Source: Podarcis vaucheri (lineage: Eukaryota). From it: 64,000 nt of DNA. The number at the start of each line of letters is the position of its first letter. Position 1 is the first letter of the stretch. The notes under the pieces are model-generated. The model was not told the origin of the DNA. It ran no database searches and saw only the letters and a program-made list of their open reading frames with translations. The stretch lies in assembly GCA_965113315.1 (NCBI GenBank), contig OZ220370.1; one strand, written 5' to 3'. Position numbers and translations under genes: made by a program. This document shows, piece by piece, positions 50,558-64,000 of the stretch.

Positions 50558-52679
50558 TAGTACGTATTAAGCTCTGAAGTGCATGCAATGCCCTACCTTC
50601 CAATGGCCTCTTCCTCAAACCGAAGGAAATGTCAGAGGACCTCCTAGGACCAAAGTCTTCATCTGGCGTGTCCCTTCCTGAGGAAAACAATATTGTAAGT
50701 GAGGTAACTAGTACAGAACAGACGGAAGAAGCCTATATATCCATCACCATCTCAGTTTGCCAAGTGCTAGCCAAATAGACACCATTCATCCACAAGAGGG
50801 GAGATATGAATGAGCTTAGGGGAAACCCCAAGGTTTGCAGAAGTACAAGCAAATCTGGTAGGAATAAAAACTAGCCAACTAGGACTGAATGCTCAGTGTG
50901 GTAAATTATTATTGAAAGAGAAATAAAAAAGCCATGCAAATTGAGGGCCTTGTGCTGGCTTGGGCAATCAGGCTCATCATCCATAACATCTGAAGAGAAC
51001 CACACTGCTGAAGGCTAATCAACCTCATCTAGTGATACAGAATATTATATCTGACGCTTTGTGTGTTTCTTTGGCTCTTCTCTACTTTATTTGCTACTAG
51101 GGATGGGAGAACTTGCAGTGTGATGACTTCAGATCACTCATTTTACATCATGAAATGCCACTGACAATAGGGAAATAACAAGACATAGTCTTCCTGTTTT
51201 CAGCAATACCCCAGTGTCTGTCATAATATCTTATTCTTCCAGCCTGAATAATTGTGATAATGCAGGGGTTGAAAATGAATTATCTCTGAGTTTCTGCTTT
51301 ATAATATTTTTAGCATATTGTTGAAAGATTTCATTGCCATATCACTCTCCTTAAAACTTGGCAAATAGTTTCATCATTTTGTCTGTATGGTAGCTGATAT
51401 TTAACATTTCATTTAGCATACAGCTATAGAGCTGGCATGATTCTTCTGAAAAAGAACTCTTTCCAAGGTGATCAAAGAAAAAAATGCTGAATTATACATG
51501 CTGAATTATACTGAGAGCATACATGCTAGCAATAATACATTGTGGAAAATTTAACTCTACAAACCATAATCTTACACCTATACATTACATCCCCCTGCAG
51601 CTGTGTACAGATTTTTATTTCTAAGGGACAATGGGAACAATTTATCACTAATGTGATAACAACTTTTAACCCAGAATTGCTAGATTCATAATTATATAAT
51701 TGGGGGAACCTATAGATATAGTTGAATGGGGAAAACATTTTTGTTCCTTCGTCTAATTTACACCCACTCACATGCATTGTTTCACCCAAGTTGGGAATGA
51801 TGAAATTGATTAGACCACAGAATGCTTGTAATTGGATCCAATCAATTTCACATTTAAGAGGGCTTGAATGGCAGAACATTGTTTACTGAAAAGGCAAAAT
51901 AGCTTCATGCTTGTGCTTTCCTCACTTTTTAAAGGACAAGTTGAGCACATGGATTGTGTACATCACATATCCCTTAATACATGGAAACAAACAAACAAAT
52001 GAATCCAGCCTTGGAAAAAATCCCAACTGTCCCAGGCATTGGAATGGTGAAGTATATTATTCATCATGGCGTCTTTGCAAGAGACATTCTGTCAAAATAA
52101 ACTTACTGCAGAAGTGCTGCACGTGTTTCTGGGGAACAGTTCCAGCTTTTCCTCCAAAAAGCTATAAGTGCTATTAAGTAGGAAAAAATTTGGTCGGAGA
52201 CCATGATAAGGCACACAGAATGAATGTGTGTCCTGCTAGTGACAACACTACATCTCTGCCTCCAACAATCTGAACATTCACTGCTTGTGCAGAACTTAAT
52301 GCCCAGTGCTTATCACATGAATCATACTTCATAGAATTGCTGATATGGGCTTGAGTAGTAAAAGTGAAGCAAGAGCTAGAAATAGCAAAAGAAATGCCTT
52401 CAGAAATTTCCTATCCTGTTTTTTTTAAAAAAAATATTTAAATAAAATTTAGATTTTAATGGGAGCAGGCAGTAGCTCATGATTTTGGGGTACTTGTTCA
52501 AAACTAAATTTACCTATGGCCCAATAATAAACCTGTCTATGCAGAAGTAAATTCTACTAAATTTAACATGAGTTCCTAGGTATGCTTACAATGTAATTAT
52601 ATGAATGTGCACGTATGCCACACAGTGTAATTCTAATAACGTTTATTTCAGTTATAACTGAATTGGGGCATATGTTCAC

Positions 52680-53250
52680 AGAGATAAAATGGGTTTCATG
52701 CCCAAGAGACAAATCTCAGAAAACACTAGACAAGTGTTGAATAAATACTATATTTTTTGAAAAACTAAAAAGATGCTTATGCCCATTATTTCTTCCAATG
52801 GTCAAAAAACTTTGCAAAATTTGGAGGGCTCATTTATGAAATTGATGTTATACAGAACAAGGTATGAGACAAAAGTTTTGGTGCACACTTGAGCAGCTTT
52901 GCAAAGAGTTGGGAGAAGTTGTCAGGACAAATAGATAGGATTCATTCCCCTGTTACTCTGCAAAGAACAGGACAGGGTTGTCCTTTATGGCTCCTGCTCT
53001 TTGCCCTGTTTATTACAGCTCTGGCAATTTCAATAAGGAGCAATAGCAAAATTAATGATGTCAGTATCAATAGTGGAGAACACACTATACATCTGTTTGC
53101 AGATGATGTGGCAATTGTCACAAGCAAACCTGAAATGTCACTGCAGGAAAGTCAAAGACAAGTAGACAGGTACAGTAAAGTTTCAGGCTTTAAAGGTAAT
53201 TATAAAAAAATCAGCATTATAGGTATGCAGATAGAGAATCTCCTTTGAGA
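52680..53250 (+). mobile_element. Degraded L1-clade RT fragment
   Basis: ORF 52889..53248 has QRTGQGCPLWLLLF and HLFADDV (RT motifs) plus YSKVSGFKGNYKK. Confidence 0.8.
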
Positions 53251-55404
53251 ACAGAGTTTTATTTCTCGCTCAAAGAGGGCTATAAGGGCAAGGGCAAGGA
53301 AAGAGACTTCCAATGGCCTTTCTTGTTGGCACTTCAAGATATTTCAAACAGCTTCAAATAAATGATGGATGGAATTCTGAGATGGTCTCAAAGGACTAGT
53401 TGGAAGAGATGTCAAGGGATGGTACATTTGTCTGCATGTGGTGGTCACTCATGTCCTCTGAGAGATATATTTGGGACAAGATCCTCACAGAAATAGACAT
53501 TATGACCATACAAAGCAGTTATGGGCACTTTCCCAAAGGATTTACTGTCTACAATGCATAAAGATTTTGAGTGGTATACAACACAGCATTGCAGAGTTAG
53601 CACTGAACCTGTTCTGTTACCAGGTTGTCTTATGCTACTGGGCAAGAGGTTCCACAAGCAAGTAGTTGGTATTTATATGCACAGTTTGTAGAGGACAGAA
53701 AAATAAAATACCTAGCCACAACGGTTCCAGTATGGCAAGCTCTTGTGCAATGGTTCTAGCAGGCTAACACATTGGATACAACCCTTTACAATCCATTGCA
53801 AGGATTCTCTCAAACTGTGGTTTTGGGGCAGGGGTGGGTTTTGGGCAGTGTGCAGTGAGGTTGCATCAGGTGCGCAGCCAAGAAGCATGCCTTTGTAAAG
53901 CCTGGTAAGTACTTGCCAGGCTTCAGGGTGGAGGCATGATTGCTCTGACAGGGTCCTAGAGTCCTCCCACCTCCTTACCAGGCTTTGGAATAGAGGTAGG
54001 AGGGCCCTACGACCCTTCCAGAGCCTTTTGCCTCCTTCACAAAGCCCAGCTTAAGCCGGCACTGTGAGGGTTGTGGGGCAGGGCACCAAATGGCCTTGCA
54101 CAGGGGAGCATATTACCAAGGCCCACCCCTGTTTGGGAGGCTATAGGACCAGTTATTGATAAATAAGCTTATCCACCATAAGTTTGTTAAAGGCCATACA
54201 AAACCTGAATCATCTGATTTAATACAGTGCCCATTTTTGTGATATATCCATCATATATAGCCCATAACCAATGCTTGTATGCTTTTGCTAGACTACTCAG
54301 AGAAAAATTAAAAGATTGAAGGTTTTTACTAACTTGGTTGTGTTGATTGTGTCAGAAGAACCTCACGCTTTTTTGAATCCAAACCAGTGTATACAGCTCC
54401 TGGCCATTATATTTACTTCATTACCACAACTAATCAGGGACCTAGTCTGTATGAATAATACCTACTTTGTATTGGGGGGGGGAGCCTCATAAAACTGTCG
54501 TTCTACATCCATGCATATACCAAGATATTAATCTGCTCACTTTCAGTTAGTTAGAAACAGCATAAATGAACACATTGGTCTAATAAAGGATATCTCAAAC
54601 TAAACTGTGTGTAGAGTGTAGGTACTTTGTTTTGTTGCATTTTGGTGAATGTTTCATGCTTGTCATTAAAGCTGAATATGCTGTTTCGTTAGATTAGGGA
54701 TAAATGTTTCCCTTAATCTGTTTAGTGTTTTGATACAATCTGTACTGCTGGATTTGTAGAGGGTGAATAATTCTTTAGGAAGTATCAAAGGACCTGGCAA
54801 ACAAGTTTGCTTCTTTGGTGCATATCAGCCAGCTTTCTTTGGGAGCTCTCTTGCTTACAAAGTGGAACAGCTGAAGAATACAGAATATCTCCCCTCACAT
54901 CACATATTAGATTTCAGCATTTAGACTAGCTTTCTCCTCATACACCCCTCATCAAATCTTCATGTATCACAGACACTTCTGTTGATTATTCTTTTGCTCG
55001 GAAGTTATTTGTTTGTGTCTGTGTACTCCAAAATATTTACTGAGTACTACAGTTTTCTTTCTTTAGTAATTGATTCTTTTTCATACATTTTTAAGGCCAC
55101 AGAACTGAAATCACTGAAAACCTATAAGGGCCTCATTCTATATATTATTTTCCCCTGTGTAAATAGCCTTTGGGCTACCCCTCCCTGAGAATACACTAAT
55201 ATAGACAAATATAACAAGTGAATATAGAGCTGGAGCAGAATAGTGACATGGCAGAGCTTTCCACCACTGCCTTCTGGAACTAAATCTTTCTCTCAGGGAG
55301 CAGAGAAGGAAGCCGCCAGCATCTAGTGGCCTCTCAGCCACCATCCCAAGCACCATTGGATTCTTCTCTTAGTGTATCTTTTATATATTGTTATATCTCT
55401 CTTT

Positions 55405-55585
55405 AGGAACATAGGAAGCTGGCTCGCCCTGAGTCAGAGCATGGGCCCATCTAGCTCTGCATTGTCAATAGACTGTGGTCATGGCTCTCCTGGATTTCAG
55501 GTAGGAGATTCTGCCAGCCAAACCCAGGCCTGAACCTGGGACCTTCTGTGTTCAACCTCTACCACAGAGCCACTGTCCTCCCCTC
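55405..55585 (-). mobile_element. tRNA-derived SINE (Squam3-like)
   Basis: aggaacataggaagctgg...gagtcagagcatgggcccatctagctc...tgaacctgggaccttctg. Confidence 0.7.
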
Positions 55586-56503
55586 TACAGCTCTTCTTTT
55601 GCTATATGATTATATAGATGTTCTATTGATAGCACATAAGAAGAGCCCTCCTGGATCACATCAAGGAAGCCTACACATACTCAAGGCTTCTCAAGCTGGT
55701 GACAAAAGTCAGCTAGCCTGACTTTTTACATTGTACAAAACATCACCATTCAGGGGTCAAGAGAAGACTCGTGGAGAACCCAAAATTTCTTGGAAGTATA
55801 TAACACAAGCTTTCGAAAAATCCATAAGGGGTGACAAAGGTTTTCACAATTTTAAATATATGGCCGAGGAGGTGGGAAACCCTAAGAGGGGAACTCCAAA
55901 ACAGCCCAAAGAGCATACCCTGTGGCCATGTTAGGGGTGGTGCACAATAACAGAAAGAATCAAATAAATATCCTGGGGGAGGGTACAGATGACTGAATGG
56001 CACACTAACCAGGAGCACTCCATACTGCAACACTCTGTTGCCACTGAGTCCCACTTTTCTCGGTATATATCTATCCAATATATTAGGGAAGTCATGCAAC
56101 AAGGAGCAGAACTGTGCTCAAGCTGAACCTTTCTCAAGAAAGGCAATCTTATTGGATGAGAACCCCATAACACCATATAAATGTCACCATGGTAATGTAT
56201 AATAGCTAATAGCTACCAGATATCCACAATCATGAACACTTTACAATAACAGTTTGTTATCAAATTTACTGAAATGTATCTTCAGGCTGCATTATCATAG
56301 GGCTAAAAGAAAAGAAAAGAAAACTTTAAAGGATCACTGTGTAGGATGCCTTACATACTTTTGAAAATAAACAGTGAAGTCAGTGTCAAACACGGTGTTC
56401 TTTTATTGGGGGAAAAAAATAGTGGTACTGTGGTCTATGACCCAGATTTGTTCTCAATAGGAGCCTACATTCCATCCTGGCTTCACCCAAGATGCCATGC
56501 ACT

Positions 56504-56554
56504 TCCCTACTTCCCTGCACCCCCGTTTGATATGGGGGTGCAGGGAAGTAGGGA
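56504..56554. repeat. Perfect 21-bp inverted repeat with 9-nt loop
   Basis: tccctacttccctgcaccccc-gtttgatat-gggggtgcagggaagtaggga. Confidence 0.95.
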
Positions 56555-59500
56555 GACATTGAAAATGTGTGTGAGCACTCATGACATCAAACATGGAGTC
56601 AGCAGAATGGTCTTGCTTCCATTAATCTGCCTGGAGCCCCTTTGTGTGCGTGTCCTGTATGAAAGATATGTGTGTAGTAATACAATGATAACTGTGAAAT
56701 TGTATCATCTGAATATCTTTAAGGCAGTCACTTCCTTTTCATGATAGTTTGTTGAAAGAGCAGCAGCTGCAAAGGTGATAGCATCTGAATCACTCAGGCT
56801 TCCGACCATGGCTCAGGTGAATATTATTTGGGAGGAATTGTTCCTCTTTTTGCAATTCTTCATTTCATTGTGTGCCAAGTAATTCCCTTCTGACCAGATG
56901 AATGGCTATTTGATCCATGTGATTTAATTCTTCTAGTAAAACAGTGTTAATGCATAGCTCCTAATAGTCTACACTATATTTCCATCTAAGCATATTATTT
57001 TTAATTCCAAGGCCACAGAAGAAGAGATATTAAACAAAACTCTTCATAGATTTCCAAAGTGATCTTGCATCATTTCCAGTAAAATTAAAGCCATAATTGT
57101 GAACTCTGGTATAACCTTTTGCTAGTTAAGGAACTTAAAGGAGCTAAAATAATTTAGCAGTGCTTCTCCAAAATATCTAATGGGGGCAACTTATGGCAGC
57201 TGAATGCCACACTGAAACAGAATGCAGAAAGCCAATCTCTACTTTAATAAGCATGCTATTAACCTTTCTCAGCAAAACAGTTATGATGCAGATCATCTTC
57301 CTGTATTTCACATATATCAGCTTACTGGGGAAAGCAAGCAAACAAATTCCTATTTCAAGGAGAAACATGTCTGCTTTGATCACAAACTCCTCTTTGAAGA
57401 AGGAACATTTTGGAGAAAATGTAAGATACAGGCCAAAAAGTAAGTATTTGGTATTTGGAGCGGCTGGTATATACAGGTGAAACACTCAACAGCTCTTCCT
57501 GTTTCTCGAAATTAATCTTAGTCCTACTAACAGCACAAACTTTAGGAAGCAGAGTAACTCACGGGAGCGAAAAGTTCATCTCTTTCCTTCCCAACACATC
57601 TTTGGGACAGCATCAGCAGTGACGGCACACAGACTGAGTCTTGGGAAGCAGCTGGCTGGCTTCCCCCCACCCCACTCTGTTTCAAAAACTGATGCTATGC
57701 CAGCAGCTTCTATGTAACAAGGGTCTCTGGTCAGGATAGTTTAAAAGATGGAGAGTTAGCGTGTAACGCCAAGTATGGAGGACAACCTGCTTCATGCTTT
57801 CACTAATAATAATGACACAAGCCAGATGCCAACAGATGGGTAATGGCTTGGCCACCTGAAGCAACTTCTACTTTCATGACAAATCCAGCTGTTACCCAGT
57901 CCCACTGAAACTTTAGTAAAATACTAATACTAATACTACTAATAATAAATGTTGCCAATTCCATGAGGTAAGTGCATTCCTTCACTTTCTCCTGCCATCA
58001 ACTTTCTCCTGCAACCATGTTTTATATGCACCCTCATGCAAAAATATTCATTTTATTGTTATTTAACAAAACGGATATACTGCTTATTGGTAACAAAACC
58101 TCTAAGAGGATAACAAAATACAAACCATGTTAAAATTGTCAACAAAAGACAAAAACAGGTAGTTACAAACCTTTTAGGGATTATTAAAATTAACAGTAAA
58201 CCAAAATGAGATTAACACATATGACAACATTCTGCGTGTCTGGATAGGCTGGCTGAAACAAAAAATGTTGTAAGCAGACACCAAAAAAAGAGTCCATAGC
58301 AATAAGGAGTGATAGGAAAGTGAATAAGGAATAATGCAAGAATCTTGTTCTATAAAGCCAACCTGTTCTGCTCCTGTGTTCTAAATAAATGATCATCCCA
58401 TAAACCTGTTGGCCTAGAGGCTGGTTTGGGAAGTGTGAGATGTGAGCGCTTCCAACTCTTACTCCTATCCTGATTGTGTCAAGCCTCATTCCATCATCAT
58501 TTTCAAATCCAATAGCAGCATGCATGGCGAGAAGGAGCCACTGTCTAGAAACCTGGATGGGGCAGTGCTCAACAGGATAGCAGCATGGTCAAAGCCATGT
58601 GGATACACTAGACGGCATATTGGATTCTGCCACTGCCCTCACATGCCCCCAACCTCAGGCCAATATAGGTAACCAGCAGTGACACACTATGATATTTGAC
58701 CCATGATAAATAGATAAGATATGCACAACAAGAAATGGGAACGGTTGGTTCTGTAACACTGGGAAAGGGGAATTTGTTCATATGTAGTGAAGTGTGTATT
58801 AGACAGCGGTCTATTAGGTCTAAATGAATGGCATTTAAATCTGTTGTGTCATCTTTTTAATTTATATAAACATCATGCAAGGTTTGTGGTTACATGATTA
58901 GCATGAGCTTTCATGAATAATGAACAGTGTGATCATGAAGAACAGAAAGAGAGATTTACAGTCACCTTTGTATGTGTCTGTAATGTTGCTTTAAACTGGC
59001 CTTCAATCAATCAAGTAGTTTAGACTCTGGGCTTTGAGGTTTCCAACTCTAGCTAGGGCCATGAAGCAATAATATATATGACGTGGTCTAGCAGTAGATG
59101 CAATTGGAGCATGATGTTTTGGAAATACATTTTCATGGTCTATTAGTCTAGAAGTTTAGGATGTTAATTATAATAAGTTTAATGATATTTATTCTTGGGC
59201 TATTACAGAAAAACGTTCTGAGCATCTTCAGTAGATTAAAAAAAGCAGCAATCAGTTCTGATATTATCTTTGCATTTCATTTATTTACCAACATTTAAAG
59301 GATAGGAAGGATTTGGAATCAACTTATGTCCCATAGATGAAGGATTTTTCAAGCCAAAGAAAAACCCAAGTTTTCAATTTCTCTATTAAAATCCTGTAGT
59401 TGAAATATCCATGCATTAAAAAGTACAGTACCTATTTTAGGGAATAGGCATTATTGGAGAGTGAATAAAAAATGCATACTATTATACACTGATAAAACCA

Positions 59501-60249
59501 GAAGTTGCATTCAGGGACAGTGCTGAGGCATTCTCCACCCTCCTCCCCAATCTTCAGAAAGTGGGTTTATTATTCAAAAGGGGCACCAAAGACTTTGGTG
59601 GTTATAAGATACACAAGAGTAGCTACAACAAAGATTTATACTTTTTGTAGTTTCATTCCTCCTCCCCCCCCCCCATTTCATGTTCCTTGTTCACTTCAGT
59701 ATGAGAATACTTTCATGTTTCCTGCTTGCCTCAGTCATGCAGTTTTGGATCACAATTCAGTTACTTAAACTGCAGCTGTATCACAAAAGTATGACTCAAT
59801 GACAGAAGGTCCTTGAGTTTCATTTTCAGACCTCTAGGACACTTTCATTACATGAAGAGCTAAACAGAATCAGAGCACGATTCTTGGCAATAGCGTTTTG
59901 CAAAGATTTCAGGTTTTTTTTAAAAAAAAATCAAGGATAATCTGCAGTGGGATTTGACTTTGGGCAGTAGCATCACATTCTAGCTCAAATTTAATTTGAG
60001 ATCAATTAGAGCAGCTGCCCCAAGGCCCCTTTGCAGCAGAGGTCCTTTCTAGCCAGTTCTGCCTCCTCCAGTTCTGCCTGTAACACTTTAATATGCCTTT
60101 ATTGATTTTCTTATTATTTAAAACCAAATTTTCAAGCTGACCATAAGGATGCTGTGTAACCCACACCACAAGCAGCAGATGGGGTGGTGAAGCATTGCTG
60201 GTGGCAATCTCAAAGAAAAGTTTCTGAGCTATTTTTAAGGAAATTTGCC

Positions 60250-60323
60250 GAAGAAGAAGAAGACGAGTTTGGATTTGATACCCCGCCTTTCACTCCCCTT
60301 CAGGAGTCTCAAAGCGGCTAACA
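60250..60323 (-). mobile_element. 3' terminal fragment of a MIR/L2-tailed lizard SINE
   Basis: (gaa)n + gagtttggatttgataccccgccttt...ggagtctcaaagcggctaaca, a recognisable SINE/LINE tail in reverse. Confidence 0.55.
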
Positions 60324-60843
60324 TGCTGTTTCAGACGGCCAAATCCTGTCTATGTCTGGGAAGTGCTAGACGTATGGCAGCCCTAGCCACATGCAGTGTT
60401 GCCGGGGGCGAGGCACCACAAGCCAGCTGCTTGAAACTAAAAGGCTTTCCTCACAGTTACATTTGTAAGTTGGGTTTTAGCTGCCCACCCTTTTCTAGTT
60501 TCAGTGCAGGATTAGTGGTCAATATGGGGACAAGTGGGTTTCCCCCTCACCCCCCCCAATGCCTGCTTTGGCTTTGAAGTAAGCTTTTTTCTCCATGTGT
60601 TCTGCACTGATTTTCTTTTCAGCTGTAGCCTTTAGTAGTCTATTCTTTTCTAACGTAGATCAGAACTGGCAGGGTGGGATAGTACAGGTTAAAAAGAGAA
60701 TCGAAAAGAAAATATACTAGTTAGAATCCTAAGGAATCAAATAGAGGGTGAATTAAGGGATTAAGGAATCAAATAGAGGGTGCCCCCCACCTTAAATCAG
60801 TCTCTCGGGGTAGCAGTCCTGAGAGACAGGAGTATCCTTTGGC

Positions 60844-60981
60844 CATTGTGATTTTTCTAGAAAAAGAGGTGCTGAAACTCACCATGAATGCCTCCACTGT
60901 TCTCTTATAATGGCAATGGCGCCCACCTGAGAAGTGCTGGAACTGAGATCCAGCAAGTTCCTATTGAAAAAAAATATCCTG
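60844..60981. mobile_element. Degraded hAT-type MITE
   Basis: T-run near the left end, AAAAAAAATATCCTG right end, internal direct repeat gaggtgctgaaact/gaagtgctggaact, imperfect TSD ctttgg(g)c. Confidence 0.55.
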
Positions 60982-63900
60982 CTTTGGGCATTTCAGAACT
61001 GTCAGCTACTGAGCCCACTTGTTAGTGAATATAATACTGTAGTCCCTTCACAATGTAATCCCATACTCAGATATGTAAATCCCACTGAGTTCAATGGGAT
61101 TTACACCCACATATATGTGCAGAACTGCAACCTAAATTACCAAGATGGAAACTAAACATAAAATAGGATAAGGAAGAATGAAACCTTCTGGAAATCACAA
61201 GTGCAGTGGTATGATCCCCTCTTAGTTAAAGAATAATTACTTGGTTTAAATATTGTACAGGAATAATATATTTTTCCAGGTTTATGCATTTATTGTAATC
61301 CTTTTAAAAATGCGTATTTACTCTCATAATAGTAAGAACTTACTTTGAATAATGTAGTAAAAATGCCCTCAAGAGTACGTTTTAAAAGTTACATTACTAG
61401 CATTCATTTTCTGAATTAAATTGGAAATAGTAAAAAAAAAGTGTGTGCGCGCACACACATACTTTATTAAGTTTAAATAGCAAGTGCTACTGAAAAAAAA
61501 ATCACACAATATGTGATTCACCAGTAATTATGAAGAAACGCAAACATTTTATGAAAAGGAATTATTGATATATAACCACAACAGACTGAAGTATTCCAAT
61601 CTGATCTCTAATGGAAACTAGCAACATTCACAAACATACCAACTCAATCATTCTAAAACAGACATAAAAGCAAATTATAGTAACAGCTAATATTGAATGT
61701 ATGGGTCTTTAACAGGCTTATTACTCAAAGCAAACAAGGCTTCTTTTTTATTAAAAAGAAAGAAAATACCTAAAATAGTTATGCAGATAAAACAAGCAAA
61801 ATACTGCTCTTTAGTTTCCAAATTGCTACTCTCTTATTTTGCTGTAGGAATAATTTGGTACACTGTATTCATTATAATGACTGAAGAGAAATCATCTCTG
61901 GTGTTTATTGAATTTGTTCTGGCCAAACAACTCAGCAACATATAAAGTTGATTTGGGAAGTTTTGTGAAATTTTCAAGATATATCTAGATTATCCTCCTC
62001 TAAATCCTGACTTAAATTGCTTTTTGAAGAGTTGTCCAGAACACAGTGTAGTTCTTTGTACATAAAATTGCCCCCAAGGTGTCACCAAAGTGTTCTGACT
62101 CAGCTATCTTAAATTTTCACTTATGTGACTGTGCAAAGCACAGCCTTCTTCTATAAGCCCAGTAGAACAAGTGAACCATGGCATTCACTAGCTATCCTAT
62201 TCAATAGGATGTCACTTACCCTTTGTGTGCATGGGGGGGGGGGGACACAACTACGAAATGTATGTGCCTCACTTTGGCCATTGCATTTGAAACTAGTGGT
62301 AATGCAGAGGGACAGTTCCAGTGCTGAAAGTTCTCTTTTCAGTTTGCACATGGAGCACTCCCTCCACACCTTTCCACTCAGTCCCGTGGTGGGAAAGTCA
62401 AATTATCGTAGGTTGCTGTCTTCTTAGGAATCCCAAGCTTTAAGAGTTGTCTCCTAAGAGACCACATTGTAATTCTGTGAACTATTCTGTAGTCTTTGGG
62501 TGATGGGTGGTATAGAAATTTATGGAAATAATGATAATGATGATGATGATGATATCTGCATAAGCCTTCATGAGATGCCACCAAGATTGTTCTAGCTATA
62601 ATCAGCACCTGCTTCCTACTTCCTCTTCCTCTTCCCTTCACCTCACAACAATTCTGGGTTGGGTGTTTTCTTCGGTTTTGTTAGGAAGCTGAAAGTATTC
62701 TACCTTTTTAAGCTGTTTGCCTATTTTTCACAAAAACAGGATGGTTTGTGTAGGCTGTTTGCTTTCTGAGGCATGCCATGTGGAGCTCAAGGCAAAACAC
62801 AAGAAACATTTGTCTCCCTCTATCACAGCCTGTGTCTATATGGCAGGGGAAGCCAACATGGTGCCTCTTGGACTTCTGTGGGCAGGGGCATGTCAAAGGG
62901 GGTGCTTTCCTTTCTACAGCCCTCCTCTTCCTTATATACATGGACATAGTCAGGAGGAATTGCTCACCTCACAGCTTTTATTACGCATTAGTTATCAGAC
63001 CACACTCGGAATACCCCGAGCCAATGTCAGTGAAAGTTAAAGCAGCTTCTTTTGATTAGGGTTTTACTTATTTACTTACTAAACTTATATCCCGCCTTTC
63101 CTCCCAAAGGAGCCCAGTATGGCAAACAATACAATTAAAAATAAAATAACAACAGATTTAAAACATCTAAGTATCTACATAGTGCATCACCAGCCACCCT
63201 GTGATCCAGCTCAAGTACACTTCTGTAAACATTAAGCATACTTCTTGCTTTATTAAGTCCTTACTAAAGCCAGGCAGTTCTTTCTCTGTCAACTATAACA
63301 GCCTTTTCTAGCATATGCATGAATGGGGAGGGGAGGGAGGGAGAGAATAATGTAGTTCCGTTACAGGAGTTTCCTGTTTTTTCAGCTCTGTTGGGGCAAG
63401 TTCACTGAAATGAGATCTATTTCCCTGTCTGTGCTGACTTCCTCCAGAGACTCAGAATGGAATATCTTCTCCATGCCAGCACAGGGGCTTGGGTGAACCT
63501 GAACTGGATTAGCTCACTTTGTAAAAGGACAAACTATGACTTGTTCCTTTTCAGATAGAATGAACCCAAAGTAGAGTAAGTCCTTTTAAAAAATGAGCTT
63601 TCCAAACACATACAGGAACCATTTGCTCAGCATTAGTTGCGCACAAAGTTTTCCACCCACCTAAGAATGTGTATCCAGAAGTTTGCTTTGAAATGTGCAG
63701 AGTTTCCTACCTAGATTGGGGCACTGGATTTTAATTCTATGATTTCTTTATTTTGGTCTGGCAAATATCATATGTGAACAGACTCACAAACTAAAGCAGA
63801 ATAAAGTCACCCCACTACACTGCTGCTAAGGAATTACTTATAACTGCTGTTGAGGGAATGTTTACCTTTATAAAAGTGATAAATATAGAAGCTATGTTCT

Positions 63901-64000
63901 CTTACAGCAACAAAAGCACTGAGCTGTCAGATTTGGGGTGGCATAAAAATGTTCCCTTTTTAAATGCTGGGCGACTCATCTCTTCAGTGCTAAATTTAGC

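Noticed and set aside
60730-60782. 21-bp direct repeat with 11-bp spacer (CRISPR-like look)
   Set aside because: Only two units in a vertebrate context; an ordinary slippage duplication. The same applies to the short duplications near 16040-16092, 17929-17959 and 51484-51511.
49300-64000. Exons of a neighbouring gene (e.g. PXDNL, downstream in mammals)
   Set aside because: No recognisable coding similarity or convincing exon among the short ORFs.
1-64000. Remaining 60-135 aa ORFs in the supplied track
   Set aside because: Their lengths are as expected by chance. Many start at non-ATG codons or overlap repeats and microsatellites, and none has a recognisable domain.

Overview
Vertebrate nuclear DNA from a squamate reptile (Sauria SINEs, CR1, L2, L1 and hAT/Tc1-mariner MITEs; the SINE style suggests a lacertid lizard, which is an inference). 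The + strand carries the last six coding exons of gamma-1-syntrophin (SNTG1) at 8385-8501, 9986-10057, 16568-16720, 24410-24502, 32908-33018 and 41074-41274. All have AG acceptors, the five internal exons have GT donors, and all are phase 0. They are followed by 3'UTR/intergenic sequence. The most unusual structure is a full-length, CpG-rich Sauria SINE (38585-38948) sitting exactly between two ~890-bp, ~98% identical direct copies of local intron sequence, which looks like a giant target-site duplication. Other points of interest: an Ala/Thr (GCT-rich) expansion in the SNTG1 C-terminus, a DNA transposon nested in the TIR of another, several perfect 17-21-bp hairpins downstream of the gene, and inverted repeat pairs that flank the in-frame exon block. 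No prokaryotic-type system (CRISPR, operon) is present, and most ORFs in the track are spurious.
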